Source: Actinomycetes bacterium (GTDB lineage Bacteria > Actinomycetota > Acidimicrobiia > Acidimicrobiales > JANYDT01). From it: DNA of 58,939 nt. A program made the position numbers and the translations under genes. The stretch is from contig JANLQX010000514.1 in assembly GCA_031368095.1 (NCBI GenBank), forward strand, positions 1 to 58,939. Reading direction: 5' to 3'. The notes beneath the pieces are model-generated. The model searched no databases, had not been told where the DNA came from, and worked only from the letters and a program-made list of their open reading frames with translations. Shown here piece by piece: positions 52,526 through 58,142 of the stretch (its first letter is position 1; every line of letters starts with the position of its first letter).

Positions 52526-53136
52526 TAAAAGTTTGCATCCCATATTATTCAGAATTTGAAACGGTGAAGCCGGGCCTTGAGTCTATGCGTGCGGCTGGCA
52601 TCCAGTTTAGAGATTTCGCAGCGCAGGGACCGTACATCGCCCAATCACGAAACGCATTAATCAACGGTGAGCTGTCCCAGGCCATCAGGCAGGAAGTAGG
52701 GACCGAGTACAGCCACTACCTTTTTATTGATTCAGACATCGGCTTCACGGCTGGTCATGTCGAGGCGTTGCTTGCAATGACCGCCGATGTTGCTTGCTGT
52801 CCCTACCTACGGCATGTATCCAAAACGGAATACCACACGTGGCTATTTTCTGAGCCTGGTTTAATTTCTCACAGATTCACTGCGGCGACTAAAGGCATCC
52901 AGAAAGTGGACGGCTGCGGCGGTGGGTTTATGCTTGTCAAAACCCCTGTGTTTAACCGCATTCCATACCCATGGTTTAGATATGGCCTTTTAGAAAAAGA
53001 TGGATGCGCGGAAATAATAGGGGAGGACATTTGTTTTTCGATGGCTGTCAATGCAGCAAACATCAATATATTCTGCAACTTTGATTTTCCGGTGTTCCAC
53101 AAACCAAGACTCGTAGACTACAAAACAGAAGGATAG
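52522..53136 (+). CDS. GT-A-type glycosyltransferase candidate
   Basis: YLFIDSDIGF (DxD-like), GCGGGFMLVKTPVF and GEDICFS. ATG 52522 is coupled by ATGA to the tail fibre gene; ATG 52498 is also possible. Confidence 0.5.
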   Translation: MIKVCIPYYSEFETVKPGLESMRAAGIQFRDFAAQGPYIAQSRNALINGELSQAIRQEVGTEYSHYLFIDSDIGFTAGHVEALLAMTADVACCPYLRHVSKTEYHTWLFSEPGLISHRFTAATKGIQKVDGCGGGFMLVKTPVFNRIPYPWFRYGLLEKDGCAEIIGEDICFSMAVNAANINIFCNFDFPVFHKPRLVDYKTEG

Positions 53137-53139
53137 ATC

Positions 53140-53322
53140 ATGAATTCAATTTCTGACATTAAAGCGGCATTTTACGACTCTCAGAGAAAAGCATCAAACC
53201 TGTTCGAGGTGATGGTAGAAGAGGTTATCTCACTGAATGAGAAGTTAAAGAAAATCGCTGAACAGCCAAAAGCCTTTGCTGGTGAGGTGGACGGGGCGGA
53301 GTCTATTTCCGATCCTGAGTAG
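53140..53322 (+). CDS. Hypothetical small protein
   Basis: 60 codons; operon context. Confidence 0.45.
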   Translation: MNSISDIKAAFYDSQRKASNLFEVMVEEVISLNEKLKKIAEQPKAFAGEVDGAESISDPE

Positions 53323-53371
53323 AATCTGGAAGGCGTTTTCAAAACCATTAAACAGTGGAAGTAGGGGATAG

Positions 53372-53770
53372 ATGACTCCGGAAGTGGACTCGTTTGTAAG
53401 GTTCTTGGTTGTTTGCGGAACTCTACTAGGCAGCGTGCTTGGATCTTGCAAGATAATCGCTGCGGCAAAAGAGAAGCCTGCTGACCGTGCGCCTTCGCCT
53501 CCCGCGCCATCGCATCCGGACAGGCATCCAGAATATTTGGAAAAGTTCAAGCATGGAGAGAGCCGCATGGATGCAACAGATAAAAGGATGGACACGCAAG
53601 ACGAGAGGATCGCCGTTATGCACAGAGAGCACGTAAACCTTCGTATTGAGTTTGCAGAGCTAAAGCCACACTTTCTGGTGCTTAAAGATTCCTTTGTCAG
53701 TCTCAAGGGCGGCATGGGCTCTATTGAAGATACTCTGGAAGATATTCTGAGACGGCTTCCCGATAAATAA
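53372..53770 (+). CDS. N-terminal TM + Pro-rich linker + coiled-coil protein (i-spanin- or holin-like lysis candidate)
   Basis: FVRFLVVCGTLLGSVLGSCKII, then PADRAPSPPAPSHPDRHP, then a heptad-like region. It is the last gene of the late operon. Confidence 0.45.
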   Translation: MTPEVDSFVRFLVVCGTLLGSVLGSCKIIAAAKEKPADRAPSPPAPSHPDRHPEYLEKFKHGESRMDATDKRMDTQDERIAVMHREHVNLRIEFAELKPHFLVLKDSFVSLKGGMGSIEDTLEDILRRLPDK

Positions 53771-53828
53771 CAAGGGCTGCACTGCTTACGGAATTCGTCC
53801 TTCCTTTTGGCGGTGTACCTTTGGAGAT

Positions 53829-53862
53829 GGCCCGGTGAAGCAATTCGCCGGGCCATTTTTTT
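53829..53862 (+). terminator. Rho-independent terminator (end of late operon)
   Basis: GGCCCGG (53829-53835) pairs with CCGGGCC (53848-53854), followed by ATTTTTTT. Confidence 0.75.
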
Positions 53863-53883
53863 ACCTAAAATGCCTTAATTTTT

Positions 53884-53920
53884 ACCCCTATTTAAACCGC
53901 TTTAAATAGGGGTATTTTTT
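53884..53920 (+). terminator. Perfect 13-bp hairpin with CCGC tetraloop and a T-run
   Basis: ACCCCTATTTAAA-CCGC-TTTAAATAGGGGT followed by ATTTTTT. Confidence 0.7.
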
Positions 53921-53977
53921 GGGGTACTTTTAAGCATGCTCCGATCAAAAGTGCCTAGAAGCGCCTCAAAACCGGGT

Positions 53978-54011
53978 AAAATGGCTTAAATAACGCTATT
54001 TAAGCCATTTT
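53978..54011 (+). other. Perfect 15-bp AT-rich hairpin with ACGC tetraloop
   Basis: AAAATGGCTTAAATA-ACGC-TATTTAAGCCATTTT. No separate T-run lies beyond the stem. Confidence 0.6.
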
Positions 54012-54030
54012 AACGGGAAAAAGATTATTA

Positions 54031-54067
54031 ATAAAGGTGTTGACAAATACCCACCTTTAACTATATT
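54031..54067 (+). promoter_or_regulatory. Early sigma70-type promoter P2
   Basis: ATAAAGGTG (54031-54039), TTGACA (54040-54045), 16-nt spacer, TATATT (54062-54067). Confidence 0.7.
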
Positions 54068-54111
54068 CTTAAACATCGGGCAATGAAGCCCGGCAAACGC
54101 AAGGCGAACAA
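54068..54111 (+). promoter_or_regulatory. Conserved 5' leader with hairpin (copy A)
   Basis: CGGGC-AATGAA-GCCCG (54077-54092), then GCAAACGCAAGGCGAACAAATG. It is nearly identical to the leader at 57406-57449. Confidence 0.55.
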
Positions 54112-54783
54112 ATGAAAATCGTAAGAATCACAGGATCCGAATACATGACCATCAAAACCCTCTTTCACGCAGCAGATGATATTTCAAGCGGGAGACCGGT
54201 TCTTGCCGCCGTATATTACGACCCAACTATAAAATCATTGGTTGCATGCGACGGGCAGATTCTCAGGGTTCAACCCATTGCAACGGTTTTTGATACCCCG
54301 ATCTTCTTCGATCGGGAGCAATTCAAACTAAGCAAGTCCAGCCTGAAGGCAAAGTATGAAAAGGAGTGGGAAACCGTTTTGATTGACGTGCAGACGGAAT
54401 ACAACGATCGGATTTATCCCGATTATAAGCGGATCGTACCAGTGCCCAAAAGCACGGAGGATTTAAAACCTAAAGCGTGGATCGGCGTTGATTTTTACCT
54501 ATTCAATTCCTTTCTTGCGTCTTATACGGAGGATCCAGGATCGTTGGTGGTCGGGTTCAATGAGGGCCTGAAAGGCTTTACGGTTTACAATAAGGAAAAC
54601 GTTTTCCAAGGCATGATAATGCCGTGCAAGTCCGATAAATTCGCGCCATTGGCACCATTCAAAACGGAACCGGTAAAGACAGAAGCCGAAAAAGAAAAGC
54701 CCGCAAAAAAAGCGGTGGTTACTCCAATTGAAACCACAAAGCGCCCAAGAAAATCCAGGGCAAAGGCGGCGGCGGCCAAATAA
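54112..54783 (+). CDS. DnaN (beta sliding clamp)-like protein with Lys-rich C-terminal tail
   Basis: RPVLAAVYYDPTIKSLVACDGQILRV compares with RYYLNG...LRTVATDGHRLAV in DnaN. NDRIYPDYKRIVP compares with GRFPDYRRVLP. The near-C-terminal MIMPCK compares with VVMPMRL. At 223 aa it has roughly half the length of a bacterial clamp. Confidence 0.5.
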   Translation: MKIVRITGSEYMTIKTLFHAADDISSGRPVLAAVYYDPTIKSLVACDGQILRVQPIATVFDTPIFFDREQFKLSKSSLKAKYEKEWETVLIDVQTEYNDRIYPDYKRIVPVPKSTEDLKPKAWIGVDFYLFNSFLASYTEDPGSLVVGFNEGLKGFTVYNKENVFQGMIMPCKSDKFAPLAPFKTEPVKTEAEKEKPAKKAVVTPIETTKRPRKSRAKAAAAK

Positions 54784-54869
54784 CAGAATCGGGCTTGGGG
54801 GTGTTAGGCCAAGCGCGGCCGGGTGAAAGCCCGGCGTCACCAAAAAAAAGGAACAGAAAGGGAACGAAA

Positions 54870-55211
54870 ATGGAAACTGAATGGAGCGAATTTGACAGGC
54901 AAGAAATTAACGCGCAGCAAAGGCAGATCGATGAGGATCGCGAATCTGAAACGGAATTCGAATCCTGCGACATTGAGGAAATTCAAATCATTGAGCGCCC
55001 GGGTTTTGACGGCAAAACTTTGGCTACTGCCGATGTCATTTTTAAGAGCGGCATAGCTTTGAACGGCCTTAGAATACTAAAGGGGAGGTACGGACTCTTT
55101 GTGGCTTTCCCAAGCCTAGGTGGATCGATTGACGTTCTAAAAATGAGAATCAGAATGAGAATCCAGGCCGCAGTATTGCGATCGTACAAACATAAAGGAG
55201 TGATGGCATGA
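54870..55211 (+). CDS. SpoVG-like protein
   Basis: IQIIERPGFDGKTLATADVIFKSGIALNGLRILKGRYGLFVAFPS matches the SpoVG pattern (...GLFIAMPS). ATG 54870 is preferred over the upstream in-frame start. Confidence 0.55.
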   Translation: METEWSEFDRQEINAQQRQIDEDRESETEFESCDIEEIQIIERPGFDGKTLATADVIFKSGIALNGLRILKGRYGLFVAFPSLGGSIDVLKMRIRMRIQAAVLRSYKHKGVMA

Positions 55212-55444
55212 TCAAGCCTAGTTCGAATAAGTTGGAGATGTATACCGAGAGCCATGGCAGGCAGAAGCGCCTTAAAGCGGCCGATGAACTGCTCAACCAG
55301 GCTCGAAAACTGATATTCGAGGCCCAGTTTACTTTGCACAAAAAGCCAGGGTTTGAAGATGAAGCGAGAGTGGCTTGCGGAGCGATCTACGCTCTTATCT
55401 CAGACGTTCGAGAGAATATTGGATTGAGTGGGACGCATGGATAA
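55208..55444 (+). CDS. Hypothetical protein
   Basis: ATGA coupling; 78 codons. Confidence 0.5.
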   Translation: MIKPSSNKLEMYTESHGRQKRLKAADELLNQARKLIFEAQFTLHKKPGFEDEARVACGAIYALISDVRENIGLSGTHG

Positions 55445-55646
55445 GATCAGCCAGCAGGCTTTTAGTATCACCTACGCTCAAGGAACGGCTATCAGGTCAG
55501 CCGTGGTGTACGCGACAGACGAAAAAAACGCGAAGGCAGCCTTTTTAAAATGCTCTCACGCTTCAAAATCTGTTTTGCGGGTGAACAGCCTGGCTGATAG
55601 CCAGAAACAAAAGCGTGAGTCTAGTTCGTTTCGTATTATTCCATAA
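55437..55646 (+). CDS. Hypothetical protein
   Basis: ATG 55437 overlaps the upstream stop by 8 nt. Confidence 0.5.
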   Translation: MDKISQQAFSITYAQGTAIRSAVVYATDEKNAKAAFLKCSHASKSVLRVNSLADSQKQKRESSSFRIIP

Positions 55647-55748
55647 AGGTGTCGTCTATTAAACATTTTAACATTAACTTAAGGGTAAGAATATGAAAAC
55701 CAATTTAATCACGGGAACAGGCTTTTCGGAAGCCGGAAGGAGCGCTAA

Positions 55749-55928
55749 ATGAAAATCCTATTGCTACGAATACTCCACCTGGAGCGCACCATTCTAAAGC
55801 TAAAAGCCGAGATAAAGCGGAAAGACCAGGAAATTCTAGGCCTTATGGATGATCGGGCGGACGCATGTAAGCGGTATGCCAGTCTTCTACACGAATGCGA
55901 ATTGGAGGACAGCAAGTGGAAGGATTGA
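55749..55928 (+). CDS. 59-aa coiled-coil protein (below the ORF-track cutoff)
   Basis: Strong RBS GGAAGGAG lies 7 nt upstream. Translation: MKILLLRILHLERTILKLKAEIKRKDQEILGLMDDRADACKRYASLLHECELEDSKWKD. It is preceded by a coupled 19-codon ORF (55693-55752). Confidence 0.5.
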   Translation: MKILLLRILHLERTILKLKAEIKRKDQEILGLMDDRADACKRYASLLHECELEDSKWKD

Positions 55929-56326
55929 CCGAAAGGCAAACGGAAGAGCCGGTCCCACAGCCGCTTCTGGAAAGACTTAGAAACCTGTTGGCTATCCTTG
56001 AAGGTTCTGAGCTGGACAAAGACGCAGAGAAGGCTCTTTTGAGAGCGCGCATTGCCATTCTGGAGGCGGATGGAACAGCACTGATACGCCGTCTGGTAAA
56101 CAAATCAGGAAAGGACTCTGGTGCCGTGCTTGTCTTGACTAGGTTTGGGCTTTCTTGGAGGCTCCCAGATGGGTCGTGGTTGCCAGATAAGGTGTCACGG
56201 ATTCGAAGGCACGGCTTGAAGCCTGTCTTGCTCAGGACACCGGTATGGGCAAAGCTAACTCGCGGGGAGGTAGAAATCTACCCAGTTTCAGTTAACTATT
56301 TAAGCCCTTTCATCCAAGCGGCATAG
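55917..56326 (+). CDS. Hypothetical protein
   Basis: GTG 55917 follows GGAGGA. The alternative ATG 55895 is in the same frame. Confidence 0.5.
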
Positions 56327-56341
56327 GATTATTAAAAGGTA

Positions 56342-56370
56342 TTGACAATTAACGCCCTTATCAATAAATT
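56342..56370 (+). promoter_or_regulatory. Early sigma70-type promoter P4 giving a near-leaderless mRNA
   Basis: TTGACA (56342-56347), 17-nt spacer, TAAATT (56365-56370). The first ATG is at 56378 and has no SD sequence. Confidence 0.55.
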
Positions 56371-56377
56371 GAAAACC

Positions 56378-56845
56378 ATGAGACTACCCCCGAATCCAAA
56401 CTACCTGGCTGAAATTGCAGCCACCCGTGAAATGGTTCTGACCGCAAGAGCAAAGCGCGGCAATGTATCCCTGGCCGTGATCGCCTCGGAATGCGGCCTG
56501 CATTCAAACCTTGTTATGCGAGTCATGAGCCCAAAGCCAGATACCGGAGAATCTTCCTATACGCCTACCAAGGGAACAGTGGACGCGCTTAGATCGTGGG
56601 CAGAGAAGAATAAGAAGGCCAAGACTGTTGCGCCGGAAAAAGTTCAGAAGGACTTAGGGGCCAGGATCAGGTCGGCTTATGAGGTGAAAAAAGCCCGTGG
56701 TATGAATGCCGAGGAAATGGCGATGGCGGCAGGGGTTAACCGCACAGTGTTTTCGCAGTTGATGAATGGTTCGTATACGCGAACCCTGCGGCCAACCACT
56801 CTGAAGTCATTGAACGCATGGACGGATAAAGCGCTTCGACAATAG
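56378..56845 (+). CDS. Double-HTH DNA-binding regulator candidate
   Basis: Two HTH-like segments: SLAVIASECGLHSNLVMRVMS and MNAEEMAMAAGVNRTVFSQLMNG. Confidence 0.55.
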   Translation: MRLPPNPNYLAEIAATREMVLTARAKRGNVSLAVIASECGLHSNLVMRVMSPKPDTGESSYTPTKGTVDALRSWAEKNKKAKTVAPEKVQKDLGARIRSAYEVKKARGMNAEEMAMAAGVNRTVFSQLMNGSYTRTLRPTTLKSLNAWTDKALRQ

Positions 56846-56859
56846 AGCGCACGCCCGTC

Positions 56860-57162
56860 TTATCTAGGGATGATAGAGCGCTTCGCTGGCATATCTTTGA
56901 TCTTCCGCTTTTTGAAATACTCTTCCAGTATCAAGTACTGAGCTTCGTATATTGGGATGTTCTCCCAGTAGGCCAAACACTTGATTAAATAAAGATGATC
57001 CTTATGGATGACTGCGGAGTGTCTCCGGAACCCTGCCGGAAGATACTTGCTGTCCTTCGGACCTTCTCCAATGGCATCCTCGATTTTTTGGTCCTGAAGC
57101 GAAGGCTTTTTTGGGGCTGCTATGTGGGCGTCTTCTCTTCTCAGTGCATTTGATTTTGCCAT
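56860..57162 (-). CDS. Hypothetical protein (one of three minus-strand genes)
   Basis: 100 codons, convergent with the HTH gene. Tandem short repeats lie upstream of it. Confidence 0.5.
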   Translation of the reverse strand: MAKSNALRREDAHIAAPKKPSLQDQKIEDAIGEGPKDSKYLPAGFRRHSAVIHKDHLYLIKCLAYWENIPIYEAQYLILEEYFKKRKIKDMPAKRSIIPR

Positions 57163-57317
57163 AAACGGATCCGTCCTTTTGTGGCATGAAAAATGCCGAA
57201 ATCGATTACGCCTTAATTTAGTGAAATCAGTGTATTAAGACGTCTCGGAAAAATACTTCCATGGTTTAACGAGCGTCAAATATTGGTCATTTATTGCCCT
57301 AAAAAGATGGCCTTACA

Positions 57318-57353
57318 TTCGGTAATTTCGGTAATTTGAGGGAAAATTGAGGT
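57318..57353. repeat. Tandem short repeats between the minus-strand gene and promoter P3
   Basis: TTCGGTAAT x2 (57318-57326, 57327-57335), then ATTTGAGG (57334-57341) and AATTGAGG (57346-57353). Confidence 0.6.
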
Positions 57354-57368
57354 TTGGCATGTGCATTA

Positions 57369-57405
57369 ATAAAGGGGTTGACAATTATACACCGTTCTAT
57401 ATATT
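57369..57405 (+). promoter_or_regulatory. Early sigma70-type promoter P3
   Basis: ATAAAGGGG (57369-57377), TTGACA (57378-57383), 16-nt spacer, TATATT (57400-57405). Confidence 0.7.
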
Positions 57406-57449
57406 CTTAATCATCGGGTAATAAAGCCCGGCAAACGCAAGGCGAAAAA
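57406..57449 (+). promoter_or_regulatory. Conserved 5' leader with hairpin (copy B)
   Basis: CGGGT-AATAAA-GCCCG (57415-57430). The C-to-T change relative to copy A keeps pairing as G-U. It is followed by GCAAACGCAAGGCGAAAAAATG. Confidence 0.55.
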
Positions 57450-57917
57450 ATGGAAACCAAGAAAATCAAAGGCCAATCCTACATAGTCTATCCAAATGGC
57501 GTGATGGTCCCGGCCGGCTTGGTTAACGAATCTCCTAATAAAATCAGAACCCCGAAAGACATTCTCCCTTTGCTAGAGTCGGAAAAATTTATGAAGCAAG
57601 AGACCGTGATCGTTTTTACTCTCGACGGAAACAACCAGGTGATTAAAAAGCACATCGTAACCATCGGCCTTGCAAACCAGGCGCATATCCACCCGAGGGA
57701 ATGTTTTGCACCGGCTTTTGAGGATAGAGCGGTTTCAATATTCCTGGCCCATAACCACCCATCCGGAAATGTTGAACCAAGCGAGGCAGATCTTGTTGCC
57801 ACCAAAAGGATGGCAGAAGCCGGTAAGCTTTTGGGTATTCCGTTGATCGATCATATTATCGTGTCCCAGAACGGGTACAATTCGCTGCGCGATATGCGCC
57901 CAGACATGTTCGTATAA
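57450..57917 (+). CDS. radC: RadC-like JAB/MPN+ domain protein
   Basis: HPRECFAPAFEDRAVSIFLAHNHPSGNVEPSEADLVATKRMAEAGKLLGIPLIDHIIV, including the HNHPSG...S..D JAMM motif. Confidence 0.85.
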   Translation: METKKIKGQSYIVYPNGVMVPAGLVNESPNKIRTPKDILPLLESEKFMKQETVIVFTLDGNNQVIKKHIVTIGLANQAHIHPRECFAPAFEDRAVSIFLAHNHPSGNVEPSEADLVATKRMAEAGKLLGIPLIDHIIVSQNGYNSLRDMRPDMFV

Positions 57918-57947
57918 AAACCAAAACACAACCCAAGGAGAATTGAA

Positions 57948-58142
57948 ATGATCAGGCCATTTACTGTTACGGAATTGAATTTGTTAGCTGACATTATTTC
58001 TAAGGATTCTGAATCCCTAGAAAATGATTTAGAGTACTTCCCGAAATCGGAAAGGCGAGATATAAAAAGGGGGCTGGCCCGCCGCTTGAGGCTGGCCAGG
58101 CGTGTTGCTGGCATGATTCAATTAAAAAAGGAGATCAAATAA
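57948..58142 (+). CDS. Hypothetical small protein
   Basis: RBS AAGGAG upstream. Coupled by TAATG to the DUF3560 gene. Confidence 0.55.
   Translation: MIRPFTVTELNLLADIISKDSESLENDLEYFPKSERRDIKRGLARRLRLARRVAGMIQLKKEIK

Noticed and set aside
53884-54011. Solitary CRISPR-repeat mimics (RNA anti-CRISPR-like) or a mini CRISPR array formed by the perfect hairpins
   Set aside because: The hairpins differ in sequence, there is no repeat-spacer periodicity, and I do not recognise either as a known CRISPR repeat. I kept them only as an unexplained hairpin cluster.
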